DNA from: Pelagomonas calceolata
Taxonomy: Eukaryota
Assembly (NCBI GenBank): GCA_918797485.1
Contig: CAKKNE010000002.1
Coordinates: 4,836,001-4,900,000, forward strand
Length of the DNA stretch: 64,000 bases
Direction of reading: 5' to 3'
In this document: in pieces, positions 50,567 through 60,499 of the stretch
How the letters are laid out: the number at the start of each line of letters is the position of its first letter
How positions within the stretch are numbered: position 1 is the first letter of the stretch
Program-made: the position numbers and the translations under genes
The notes under the pieces: model-generated
What the model saw: only the letters and a program-made list of their open reading frames with translations
What the model was told of the DNA's origin: nothing
Database searches by the model: none

Positions 50567-52561
50567 ATGGCAGCACCCCCCCAGCGCTACTCCTACGTCG
50601 AGCTAGTAGGCGGCGCCGACGGCACCGACACATGCTTACTGTTGTGCGTGGGCCGCTGCGGCAGCGACGCGCTGCAAAACAGGGAGGCGTGCTACGCGTT
50701 CCGCTGCGGCGAGGGCTGCGCGCGACTCCTCGGCGCGAACGACGTATCACTCAAACACCTCCGGGCGACGTTCTTAAACAAGGCCACGGACGCTTTAGGA
50801 GTGCCGGAATTGTTCTTGCACTGCCGCGAGAGCGGCGTGGACATGCCTGCGATTGTGGGCGACGCTCAGGCCTCGAGAATGGCTGCGGCCGCGTTACGAG
50901 CGGCGTGCCCCTGGGCTTCTGATGTTCGCATCGAGGAAAGGTATGAAGACGACCTCATCCGTGTGACGAGAGATAATGAGGCGTTCATGGTAGAAGTGTG
51001 CGGGCGGACGCTCGTCGTCAGCGCCGACGCGTGTCATGATGACGCGGACGTCGTGCTGCACACGGAAGCCCGCGACACGCAGATCGTCAATTCTATAATC
51101 GTGGACTACACGAGAGAAAACTGCAGGCGCGGCTTCGCGAGGGCAAATGCTTTAACGAGAGAACGGGCCGCGTTCTTCGGCGCCGGGCGGACCTCGTCCA
51201 GTGACTATGGTCCGGGTGTGCTGCGGTGCTACGTCGCGCCGCGGCTGCACGTCGAAGAATGTGAAGGGGACGTCGTGGACGACGCGGCCGCGGCGCCATC
51301 CGACGACAATGGAGAGGGCCCGCTCCTCACCTTCCTCGGCACGGGCTCGGCGAAGCCCTCGTCGCGGCGCGGCGAGTCCGCGATCATAATAGAGTGGGCG
51401 GCCTCATCAATCCTCCTCGACTGCGGCGCCGGCACGCTGCGAACGCTCGGGCCGGATACTGATGAGACGCTCGACGCGCTCGACGCGGTCTGGGTCTCGC
51501 ACGCGCACTGGGACCATTTTGGAGGCCTCGCGGCATTGGTGGCAGCGGCCGCGCGGCGCCGCGGGCGCTCTAACGAGGACGTCGCGCGCGCGCTCAAGCG
51601 GCAGAAGTGCGACGATGTCAAACCGCCTCTCCAGGTCCTGGCGCCGGCGCGCGTCGCCGCCTTTCTGGGCGTGGCCCTGGACGTGCTCGGGGCGCCCGCG
51701 AGCGGCTACACCATTCAACAAATCGCGGACCAAGCCTCCTCGAAGATCCAGCGCGGGCCGCTTTCCATAACGTCGATCCGCGTGACGCACTGCCGCGAGG
51801 CCTTTGCGTGTATTGCGCGATGCGACGACGAAGAGTGGGCCGTCGCCTACTCTGGGGACGGCCGGCCCTCGGAGCACTTCGCGCGCAAGTGTCGGGAGGA
51901 AGGCAAGTTGGTCTTGATACATGAGGCGACGTTTTCTGATGAGGACAAAGCTAAAGCGTTAGCTACAAAGCACGCGACGGTGTCGGAGGCGCTTCGAATG
52001 GCAGCTGACGCGAACGCGGATTGCTGCATACTCACCCACATCTCGCAGCGCTACGACGGCGTCTTGGACGTTGATGATGCGCTCGTGGCCTTCGACGGGC
52101 TCCGCGTGCGCGCCGCCTCCGTAGCTACGTTGTATGAGGCTTCAGCAAAATGCGAGCGGGCCGTGGCCGCGAGCGCCAAAGCGCGGCGCGAGGCCCGCAA
52201 ATTGAGACGCTGGGACGACGCTCCGTCCACGCGGCGACCGCCGGACGTCCGCGGTACGCCTGTGGCTTCACCGAAACCTTCTGATGCGCTCGAGGACGCG
52301 CTCCGCGCCTTCTACGCCGTCCACGCGCCCCAGAAGGCAAAGGACGCGCCGCAGATCGCTGCGGTCTTCCGGCGCGACTTCGAGGCCATGGACGACCGCC
52401 TCTTCCGCAAGTACGGCGCGCGGCTGCAATTACCAAACGACGCGGCGTCGTCGGACGACTCGTCGGACGACGAGGCCCAGGCCGTGTTAGCTTCGCCGGG
52501 GGGCTTCGCGGCTTTGGTTGGGGGCTGCGGCGACCTACCGGCGCGGCCCGTGTTTAGTTAG
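50567..52561 (+). CDS. RNase Z (long form, ELAC2/Trz1-like)
   Basis: FLGTGSAKPS, LLDCG, SHAHWDH, YSGDGRP, LIHEATF, LTHISQRY. Confidence 0.9.
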   Translation: MAAPPQRYSYVELVGGADGTDTCLLLCVGRCGSDALQNREACYAFRCGEGCARLLGANDVSLKHLRATFLNKATDALGVPELFLHCRESGVDMPAIVGDAQASRMAAAALRAACPWASDVRIEERYEDDLIRVTRDNEAFMVEVCGRTLVVSADACHDDADVVLHTEARDTQIVNSIIVDYTRENCRRGFARANALTRERAAFFGAGRTSSSDYGPGVLRCYVAPRLHVEECEGDVVDDAAAAPSDDNGEGPLLTFLGTGSAKPSSRRGESAIIIEWAASSILLDCGAGTLRTLGPDTDETLDALDAVWVSHAHWDHFGGLAALVAAAARRRGRSNEDVARALKRQKCDDVKPPLQVLAPARVAAFLGVALDVLGAPASGYTIQQIADQASSKIQRGPLSITSIRVTHCREAFACIARCDDEEWAVAYSGDGRPSEHFARKCREEGKLVLIHEATFSDEDKAKALATKHATVSEALRMAADANADCCILTHISQRYDGVLDVDDALVAFDGLRVRAASVATLYEASAKCERAVAASAKARREARKLRRWDDAPSTRRPPDVRGTPVASPKPSDALEDALRAFYAVHAPQKAKDAPQIAAVFRRDFEAMDDRLFRKYGARLQLPNDAASSDDSSDDEAQAVLASPGGFAALVGGCGDLPARPVFS

Positions 52562-53341
52562 TTAATCTGTGTACTTAACGTCCCATACATCACGTGCCTG
52601 TTTGAGGCAGTCCCTCGCCTCGGGCACGCCCGCGTCGGCCGCGAGCTCCCAGCACTCGATGGCGATAGCTCGCCGGTCCTCCTCGGGCATTTTGAGGAGG
52701 GCGAGCGACTGCGGTTCCCAGTGCAAAATTCCCAAGTTGACCGCCGCTTTGAAGTGGCCGGCGTCCATGGCCTGCCGGTAGTGCGCCACTGCGGCGTCGC
52801 CGTCTTTCACGCCGCCGGGCCTTCTCACGTCGCCGTGGAGCGGGTCCGCCGCCAGGCCAAGTTGGAACGCCGCGCGGGCGTCGCCCAGGTCGGACGCCTG
52901 CTGGTAGTAGTCGTAGGCCCGCTTCTCGTCGCGCGGCACGCCGTCGCCCCGTCGTAAGGCATGCGCGTAGTTGAACGCCGCCGGCGCGCAGCCCAGCTCG
53001 GCGGCCTTGGCGTAGGCCTCCGCGGCGCCCTCGAGATCGACCTCGGGCGGCGACCCGCCGACGGTCCCGTCGTCGGGCTCGAGCAGGCCCGCTTTGGCCA
53101 AGCCGACGAAGAACGTGGCTTCCGCGTGGCCCTCCGCCGCCGCCGCCTCGAAGAGCGGTACGACGGCCTCCGGCGGCGCGCCGGCGTCCAAAGCTTCGAG
53201 CGCGCGCTCGTGCTGTTTCGCGGCGGCGTCGGAGAGGTGGCGTGCTGTGAGTGCGGCACGGCCGCGACGCGCGCTGGCTGCGAGTGCAGCACGGCTGCGA
53301 CACGCGCTTGCTGCACGGCTAGCTGTGCGTGCGATGAGCAT
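52562..53341 (-). CDS. Sel1-repeat protein with mitochondrial-type presequence
   Basis: AAAEGHAEA, KAAELGCAPAAFNY..GDGVPRDEKRAYDYYQQASDLG. Confidence 0.85.
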   Translation of the reverse strand: MLIARTASRAASACRSRAALAASARRGRAALTARHLSDAAAKQHERALEALDAGAPPEAVVPLFEAAAAEGHAEATFFVGLAKAGLLEPDDGTVGGSPPEVDLEGAAEAYAKAAELGCAPAAFNYAHALRRGDGVPRDEKRAYDYYQQASDLGDARAAFQLGLAADPLHGDVRRPGGVKDGDAAVAHYRQAMDAGHFKAAVNLGILHWEPQSLALLKMPEEDRRAIAIECWELAADAGVPEARDCLKQARDVWDVKYTD

Positions 53342-53541
53342 TTTGCCAGCTCCTGGCGACGCGTATTGCTCCCTTTGACAGCAGACAGACGAGGGCCTTT
53401 TACAGTGTGTGAGTAGGCGACACAGCGATGGCTTCCAGCTTTCGTAGGCGGCTGCACGCGACCAATTACTCACCCGCAATGCAGTATGTGCGTTCTGGTT
53501 GCTTCCGCTGGCTTTTAGAGGCAGGCCGCAAACAGAGCAAC

Positions 53542-53564
53542 CTAGCGTCGTGTGACATACTAGC
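53542..53564 (+). promoter_or_regulatory. CTAG-box motif
   Basis: CTAGCGTCGTGTGACATACTAGC between divergent genes. Confidence 0.55.
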
Positions 53565-53619
53565 TCACAGCCAGAAATTCTCGTGTGCACAGGGTGCAAT
53601 CGCTTCCATCGGACATACT

Positions 53620-54717
53620 ATGAGGCAGCTCCTCCTCATCGTTGGGCTGGGGGCTGCCCGCGCCTTCCTGAAAGGCGGCGGCGGCGGTGCTACGTGTGCG
53701 GCGGACGGGGGGTCGAGCATCTACATCGAAACCATCGACGACAGCGGCAGCGTGCCCGTGCGCCGCATCCAGTTCTCCGGCTGCCCGAACCACGAGTCGT
53801 ACTGCACGGGCAAGCCCGGGCGGTCGTGCGGTGACGAAGGTAAAACGTCGACGCTGGTCGAGGGCACCGAGCAGTGCGACGAGGTGGAGGTCCCGGCCTA
53901 CCCGAAGTTCAAGGACTCCCAACCTGATCCCAAGGAGCTGGACTGCACCATGGGTACCATCGCATATGCCTTAAACGGCGTAGGCTTCTTCTCGGGCGCC
54001 GTCTCGTACGTGCGCGGCGGCGACTGCCCGCAGCTCGACGTTTCGGACCCCGAAGCCGAGTGGATCAGCTTTGACTGCTGCACCGGGCACTCGACGGGAG
54101 ACGGACTGTACCACTACCATTTCCCTCCCTCGTGCCTGCTCGCTCAGGCCGAGGCCGACGCGCCGATGGGCACAACAGTAGCGAACGGGCACTCTCCGCA
54201 GATCGGCTGGGCACAAGATGGCTTCCCGATCTATGGGCCTTATGGGCCAGAAGGCGTTCAGATCCAGAATTGCGGAAGTGCGGGCGCGCACGCAACCTAC
54301 TGCCAGGACGAGTGCGGCGGCCTCGAGATGGAGCTTGACGGCGTTGACAGCTACAAGTACCGCTACTACATCACGGGCAAGGTCGGCGACCTTGAATCGC
54401 TACCGTCGAACCCCAAACCCGACTCGGAGGCGCTCTACTTCCCGTACACGATCAGGTGCCACCGTGGTGCGACAGTCGACGAGGCCAAAAGTTCAATGAC
54501 TAACGGCTACACGAGCGCCCTCAAGGCCGAGCCTCATCTCGGCTACACGAAGATAAGCCCCGTCAAGTGCCTCGACGGCAAGGCAAAGGCGGACTACGAC
54601 TGGCTCGCCCTGAAAGATACGACCGAAGCCGTCTGCGACTTCAACGGCGCTGCTTCTGCGGCGCCGCAGGTCGCCGCTCTCGCCATCGCGGCTGCCGGGC
54701 TCGTTGCGATGCTCTGA
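53620..54717 (+). CDS. YHYH-domain cell-surface protein, copy 1
   Basis: Signal peptide, GCPNH, ALNGV, YHYH, HSPQIGWAQDGFPIYGP, hydrophobic C-terminus. Confidence 0.88.
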   Translation: MRQLLLIVGLGAARAFLKGGGGGATCAADGGSSIYIETIDDSGSVPVRRIQFSGCPNHESYCTGKPGRSCGDEGKTSTLVEGTEQCDEVEVPAYPKFKDSQPDPKELDCTMGTIAYALNGVGFFSGAVSYVRGGDCPQLDVSDPEAEWISFDCCTGHSTGDGLYHYHFPPSCLLAQAEADAPMGTTVANGHSPQIGWAQDGFPIYGPYGPEGVQIQNCGSAGAHATYCQDECGGLEMELDGVDSYKYRYYITGKVGDLESLPSNPKPDSEALYFPYTIRCHRGATVDEAKSSMTNGYTSALKAEPHLGYTKISPVKCLDGKAKADYDWLALKDTTEAVCDFNGAASAAPQVAALAIAAAGLVAML

Positions 54718-54807
54718 CCGAGGTTTTATTTGTATAATTAGCTATCGAACTATGTCTCCTGGGTCTTCTGTTAACGAGGTGGCCTCGCGGCGGCGTTTTT
54801 TTACGGA

Positions 54808-54829
54808 GCTAGTGTATCGACACACTAGC
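54808..54829 (+). promoter_or_regulatory. Variant CTAG-box
   Basis: GCTAGTGTATCGACACACTAGC upstream of YHYH copy 2. Confidence 0.5.
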
Positions 54830-54895
54830 TAAAACCAGAAACCAGAGAACAAACAACACACGTGCAAGTGCAAGCTGTCGGGGGCTGTGAGGGCG

Positions 54896-56168
54896 ATGGC
54901 ACCTCACCACATGATCCTCGCCGCCCTGCTGCTGGGGGCAGCCCGCGCGCCCCCGCCGGGCGGCGGTGGTGGCGGTGGCGGCGGTGGGGGCGGCAGTAGC
55001 AGCGCGACCTGTGCGGCGGACGGGAGCAGTGCGAGCTACACGGAAACGATCACGACCCAGAGTGGCGTAAGCGTGCGCAAGATTGTGTCCACGGGTTGTC
55101 CCAACCACGAGTCCTACTGCACGGGGAAGCCGGGAAATTCTTGCGGCGACGAGGGAAAGCAAACGACGCTCGTCGAGGGCAAGGAGCAAAGCCTGAGTGT
55201 CGAGGTGCCCGCGAACCCAAAGCTCAAGAGCTCGTACACTGCCGAAGAACTAGATTGCAGCATGGGCACCATCGCGTATGCTCTAAACGGCGTAGGCTTC
55301 TACTCGGGGGCCGTAGCGTTCGTTTCGGGTGGCCCCTGCCCTCAACTCGACGTGGCCGACGCGACGGCCGAGTGGATCTCATTTGATTGCTGTTCCGGGC
55401 ACAGCACGGGCTCCGGCGGCTACCACTACCATTTTCCCCCGTCGTGCCTATTAGCTCAAGCGGATGCGGACGCGCCGGTGGGCACAACAGTAGCGAACGG
55501 ACACTCTCCGCAGATTGGCTGGGCACAAGATGGCTTCCCGATATGTCCGCGGCCAGTGTCCACTCCTACAGCTCGTACGCCATCGACGCGACTCGTCACT
55601 CATCTCCCGATTCCGCGCAGACGGCCCGCTCGGCCCCGGCGGCGTCGAAATTCGGAATTGCGGCGCCTCAGGCGCCGACTCGACCTACTGCCAAGACGCT
55701 TGCGGCGGCTACGAAGGGGAGTTGGACGGCGTTGATAACTATAAATACCGCTACTACGTCACGGGCAAGGTCGGCGATCTGAACGCGCTGCCCTCGAACC
55801 CGAAGCCCGACTCGGAGGCGCTCTATTTCCCGTACACGATCAGGTGCCACCGTGGTGCGACAGTCAGCGAGTATAACAGCGTGTCGGGTTCCAACGGCTA
55901 CACGAGCGCGCACACCGCTACGGCTCACCCGGGCTACAGCTCCGTGAAGCTCCCCGTCCAGTGCCTCGACGGAAAATCCAAGGCCGACTATGACTGGGCT
56001 AACCTCGGAAGTACGACCGGCTCAGGCTCTGGTTCAGGTTCTGGCTCAGGCTCTGGTTCGGGCTCTGGCTCAGGTACGACGTCGGACACTCCGACGAGCG
56101 GCGCCGCGGCTTCCGCGCCGCGCCTCGCCGCCGCCGCCGCCGCCGCGACTTTGTTCGCATGGCTCTAA
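54896..56168 (+). CDS. YHYH-domain cell-surface protein, copy 2; intron 55545-55620; (GS)n linker
   Basis: Paralog of 53620-54717; splicing restores GFPIYGP. Confidence 0.88.
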
Positions 56169-56253
56169 GCGGACTCGGACCGAATTCGCCCCATCGCCCC
56201 CATCGCCTGTTGTAACTAGCATATCCCGCGAATCTTACGACGGGGTTTCCAAG

Positions 56254-57312
56254 TCAGGGCGAGAAGCTCGTGACGCTCTCCGCGGCGATGTCGTCCTCCA
56301 CCGTCTTCTGCGGCGTCGGCTCCGGCGCGGGCGTTAACGGAGACAGCGGGCCGACGCGGTCCGCCTCCTCACCTTCTGGTGCCGCCTCCTCATCAGAGTC
56401 GCTCTCATCATCCAACATCGCCCCCGACTTCCGCGGGCCGTCGGGCGTCGACGCCGGCGCCGCCGGTATAGTAGCCGTTTCCTCGACAACGACGGGCGCC
56501 GGCACATCAGTTTTCTTAGGCGACGACGGCCGCGGCGGCAGGGGCGGCGACTTCTTTGCGGAAGTGGACGGCCGCGCGGGCAGCGGCGGGCTCTTTGCAG
56601 GAGTCTTCGCCGGCGTCTTGTGGGAGGCCTGCTCGCGCGTCTCGAGGGACTCGGAAGGGCCCGCGGGCTCGTCCTCTTCGGCCTCGGACGCCTCCTCGAC
56701 CTCCTCCGCCTCATCATGCTGCTTCTTCTTGCCGAAGGAGAACTTGGCCTTCATCGAGGCCATGGGCGACTTCTTCGCAGGCTTGGGAGTTGTAGCATCG
56801 CCTTCCTTCTTCTTGTGGGAGAAGAGGGACATTGGAGACTTCAGTCTAGGCTTCTTCTGTGCAGATTGTTCCTCGGTGGCCAAGTCGTCGTCGTCCAGCA
56901 GACCGACCAGTTCGTCGAACTCCGTCAATACTCTTGACAGTTCCGCGAAGCGCAGTTCACCGGACTTGGCCTTCTGGTGGATCCCCCGGAACTCCTCGAA
57001 GTCGATCAAACCGTCGCCCGACGTGTCGACGCCGGCCATCATTTCATCGAGCTCGTCCTCCGTCGGTGTGCTGCCCGTAACTCTGTTAAGTAGAAATTTA
57101 AGTTCGTGCCGATCGACCTTGCCGCTGTGGTCCGTGTCCACTCGTCTAAATTGGTCCCTCAATCTCGTCTCCTCGTGCTCTTTTGCTGCTTGTTCTTCTT
57201 GCTTCCTTTTTCTATTGTAGGGGGACAATGCCGCAAATTTCGAGGCGACGGACGTCGGGCTCTTGCTCTTGGGCGTCTTGGAGCTGGTCGCCTGTGTGTG
57301 GACCATCATCAT
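56254..57312 (-). CDS. EF-hand pair protein with SP/KK-rich disordered tail (start uncertain)
   Basis: DTDHSGKVDRHE, DTSGDGLIDFEE. Confidence 0.8.
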   Translation of the reverse strand: MMMVHTQATSSKTPKSKSPTSVASKFAALSPYNRKRKQEEQAAKEHEETRLRDQFRRVDTDHSGKVDRHELKFLLNRVTGSTPTEDELDEMMAGVDTSGDGLIDFEEFRGIHQKAKSGELRFAELSRVLTEFDELVGLLDDDDLATEEQSAQKKPRLKSPMSLFSHKKKEGDATTPKPAKKSPMASMKAKFSFGKKKQHDEAEEVEEASEAEEDEPAGPSESLETREQASHKTPAKTPAKSPPLPARPSTSAKKSPPLPPRPSSPKKTDVPAPVVVEETATIPAAPASTPDGPRKSGAMLDDESDSDEEAAPEGEEADRVGPLSPLTPAPEPTPQKTVEDDIAAESVTSFSP

Positions 57313-57810
57313 CGCTGTCGCGTCGCAGGACGCAGGCGGCGCGCGGGCTCTTCTCCCTCGGCGCTCTTCTGCGGCACGCACACGCCGGGCAGGTTCGTCA
57401 AGCATGAGAAGATGGACTTCTTCTGGGGCGGCGGCGCTTCCTCCTCGGTCTCGGCGGCGCTCATGGCTGGTGGTTGTGCGGTCTGGGAGTGCTGCTTGTC
57501 TGCGCGTGATCCGCTGCCAGCGGTGGTTCCCGGCTGGAGGCGGTTCGTGCGGACCTGCCGGAGCCGCCGGTTCGTGTTCCGGGAGCGTTTTACGCGGTCT
57601 CCGGGCTGCCCAAAGCGCTACGCTTCGTGCAAGTCGTTGCAAGCCCGCACAACGACCGCGTGGGGTCGGCCGGCACTGGCTCCTTTCCGAGCCAGAGGCC
57701 TCCAGCCCTGGGGAGAGGTCTTCGGCCCCTTCTGAGGGCTCTCTGGGAATTTCGCCCACACGCGGCGGGGTAGAGATGACGCCATCGACGAAAACCACAA
57801 CACAGCCAAG

Positions 57811-59679
57811 TTACCCCGCCTCCTCCCACGCCTCCCGGGACCACTCGCCCGGCGGCAGCCACGCGTCCACGGGCCTCTGCATTGATAGAGACTCCCGGAG
57901 CTGACCGCACTGCGTCGCGTCCAGCTTGTGCGTTTCACAAACCCCGCCGCTCACCTCATTGACATCCGACGTTGCTGATAAAGTCACGACGACGGGCGCA
58001 CCGTCGATCGTCAGCGACACGTAGTGCTCCTCCTGGAACGAAAAGCCCTCGCGGACCTCGACCGAAGTCTCCGAAGACAGGGCCAGCGCGTCTTTACATT
58101 TCTCCCGTACTATGGATTTGACGTTCTCGCAGGCCGGCCGTCTTACCAACGATTCTCGGCACGCGTTTTCTACATCATGAGAAAAGCGCGCCTCATCTAA
58201 ATGATCATCAAGTCGAACACAAACGACGCCACACTCAAAGGTCCGCGACGGCTTCCGGGAAGTCCCGTCGACGTCCAGGATGAACTGCCCCGCGGACTCC
58301 AATTTTGCGCCCGCGACGTCTGCCTGCAGCCACGCCTTGTCCGTCGCCTCCGCCTCACATCTTGAACCGCCGAACAGCTCCGGTAAGTCCTCGCGATGTT
58401 GTAAAGCGAAGCGAGGTAAATCACTTCGATCGGCCACACAATCGAAGCTCCCGGACGGATCTAAACCTTGCCCGGCGAGCTCATAATAACCAATACCGTT
58501 CCGCTGCAGCCGCTCCAGCCTCTTGTGATCCGTGAAGAAGGACGAGTTGTAGGCGTGGGCCTCGATGTAGGACTCGAGCTTCTTTTTCAGTAGTGAAGTG
58601 CCGCCAAACGACGAAAGGTGCCATCCACTGTCTCTGATGTGGGACCGGTCGATGCTCAAGTTTGATGCTTGCCGTTCGTCCCGCAGCATCCGCCGGAAGT
58701 CCGAATTTGATCGATATCGTAGGTCGCCGACCGCCGCAACTACGCAACCTTCGCGCGCGACCGCGCCCCAGGGCACGCGCGCGCGCCACCTAAAATCATA
58801 CTGGTGCCAGGCCATCAATAACGCCGCCGGCAGGACCTTTCCGTCCGTTAAATAACCGTGGCAGGCGAGCACGTCGTTCAACCGTTGCGAGTCGGGGATC
58901 TCGTCGGCGTCGGACAGAATCACGACGTCGCTCGCGACGGCGCCGGCTTTCTCAAGCGCTTCTACGACGGCGTCGCGCTGCTGTCGCTCGCGCTGTAAGG
59001 CTGCCTCCTTGGCACTTAACTCAGGGACGTCGTGCGAGACGTCCGCAATATGCGAAGCCACGCGCGGCGCGAAGCGTCTGAACCTCGAATCGTGTTGTAA
59101 GGAAGGCCAGAGCGGCTCGTGGGGCCCGCCGTTGTGTGTTACTGTTGACTCGACGGGCACGAAGACATCTACCGAATCGTCGAGCTCCCGTAACCGGACC
59201 TCGAGCACTTTGTCTTCGTTAAAGAACGGGAACGCGTCGAAGACGCGGTGGCGCGTGGAGTTCGAGGTCTTTGCTGCTTCTGCTACACATCTTGATAGAG
59301 GCTCCGCCCGCACTCGCTGCACGAGTATTTCAGACACGTCCGCACCCGTCTCGACGTCGACGACGCGCATGTCCAGCGTTAATTCATGCGAACCGAACGC
59401 GCCTTCATTCACATCGACGCCAAAGGCCACGGCCGCGAGGCGCGCCGTGCCTGCCCCGAGCGGGCCCCAGTCCGTGCGACACGCTTCTCTACTACCGAGC
59501 CGGAAGCACAGCGCCCGTCCTTCCGCGGGCCATCCATCGTTCCATTCCAGGCCGCCCGGCCGGTCCGTGAGCACGGCGCCCGCGATCAGCTCGTCCGTGA
59601 CGCGCAGTGCATCGTCGTTGACGAGGGACCACCATTCTGCTGTGGCGGCGTGTGCGAGCAGCCACGCTAGTGCTTTCAT
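57811..59679 (-). CDS. GT17 family (MGAT3-like) glycosyltransferase
   Basis: Signal peptide; FDAFPFFNE..LEVRLREL, VES..TH, ERQQRD, SDADEIP, GWHLSSF. Confidence 0.85.
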   Translation of the reverse strand: MKALAWLLAHAATAEWWSLVNDDALRVTDELIAGAVLTDRPGGLEWNDGWPAEGRALCFRLGSREACRTDWGPLGAGTARLAAVAFGVDVNEGAFGSHELTLDMRVVDVETGADVSEILVQRVRAEPLSRCVAEAAKTSNSTRHRVFDAFPFFNEDKVLEVRLRELDDSVDVFVPVESTVTHNGGPHEPLWPSLQHDSRFRRFAPRVASHIADVSHDVPELSAKEAALQRERQQRDAVVEALEKAGAVASDVVILSDADEIPDSQRLNDVLACHGYLTDGKVLPAALLMAWHQYDFRWRARVPWGAVAREGCVVAAVGDLRYRSNSDFRRMLRDERQASNLSIDRSHIRDSGWHLSSFGGTSLLKKKLESYIEAHAYNSSFFTDHKRLERLQRNGIGYYELAGQGLDPSGSFDCVADRSDLPRFALQHREDLPELFGGSRCEAEATDKAWLQADVAGAKLESAGQFILDVDGTSRKPSRTFECGVVCVRLDDHLDEARFSHDVENACRESLVRRPACENVKSIVREKCKDALALSSETSVEVREGFSFQEEHYVSLTIDGAPVVVTLSATSDVNEVSGGVCETHKLDATQCGQLRESLSMQRPVDAWLPPGEWSREAWEEAG

Positions 59680-59812
59680 GCTGCCTTTCGCATCTTTGGG
59701 CAGCCCTACGGCTGCGGCTGCGTCGTGTTTTTTGGGCAGCAAAACGGGTTTTGGGGGAATTCACAGGATCTATCTTATGCACAGGGGCGCGCATGGGGAC
59801 GCGCCGCAGGCG

Positions 59813-60190
59813 CTAGCGCTTGCCGAGCTTCGGGTAGAGCCCTTTGGCGAGCTTGTACGAGCCGAGCGCGGCGCCGACGCTGCCGACGTTGTTCACTCCG
59901 ACGTAGGCCGCTGCTTTCGCGAACTGCTCCGCTTCGATCATGGTGACGACGTCCATGGAGAAGGTCGAGAAGGTGGTGAATGCCCCGCATGCGCCGACGC
60001 CCACACAGAGCTTCGCGGCCGGCGGCAGCGGCGCCGCGGCAACCGCTCCTAAGACACCGCTCCCAACAGTATTGATACCCGCGATATGCCACGGCGCCAG
60101 TGCGTGCTGCGTTGCGATCAGTGCGAGGTTGTGGCGGGCTAGGGCGCCGCAGACAGCACCACAGGCAACAGCTAGGGCGTCGGAAACCAT
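59813..60190 (-). CDS. crcB: Single-domain Fluc/CrcB fluoride channel
   Basis: GAVCGALARH, INTVGS..LG, GACGAFTTFSTF; 4 TM. Confidence 0.9.
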   Translation of the reverse strand: MVSDALAVACGAVCGALARHNLALIATQHALAPWHIAGINTVGSGVLGAVAAAPLPPAAKLCVGVGACGAFTTFSTFSMDVVTMIEAEQFAKAAAYVGVNNVGSVGAALGSYKLAKGLYPKLGKR

Positions 60191-60306
60191 GGTTTTGGTG
60201 CGCACGACTCGTCCAGTGAACTAAGGTGATCTGTGGAGCTGCCGAACGACGCGTTTTCCGCTGCAGGATGGCTTGCGAGCTTGTCTGCGGCTTGCCAGTG
60301 CTTGTT

Positions 60307-60330
60307 GCTAGTGTCTTACATGACGCTAGC
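60307..60330 (-). promoter_or_regulatory. CTAG-box motif
   Basis: GCTAGCGTCATGTAAGACACTAGC (minus strand) between divergent genes. Confidence 0.65.
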
Positions 60331-60499
60331 TCCAACTTTCGACGCTTCGCGTGTTCGGGGCGCTCAGGCGTTCATCGATCTCGCGCACGCTGCTGGCAGC
60401 CTAAGCCTAGAGGGAAGAAGTCACCTGACAAGTTTCAGCCACGGATTCTACTCCTAGGCTGAGATCTCGGAAGGCCCCAAGATTTGCGGCGCGATTACG

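Noticed and set aside
50567..52561. Functional clustering of RNase Z with the intronic tRNA
   Set aside because: 5.5 kb apart with unrelated genes between; no evidence beyond proximity
53244..53314. 33-bp imperfect tandem repeat
   Set aside because: In-frame duplication within the Sel1 protein presequence
56019..56073. GGYTCW repeat
   Set aside because: Encodes the (GS)n linker of YHYH copy 2
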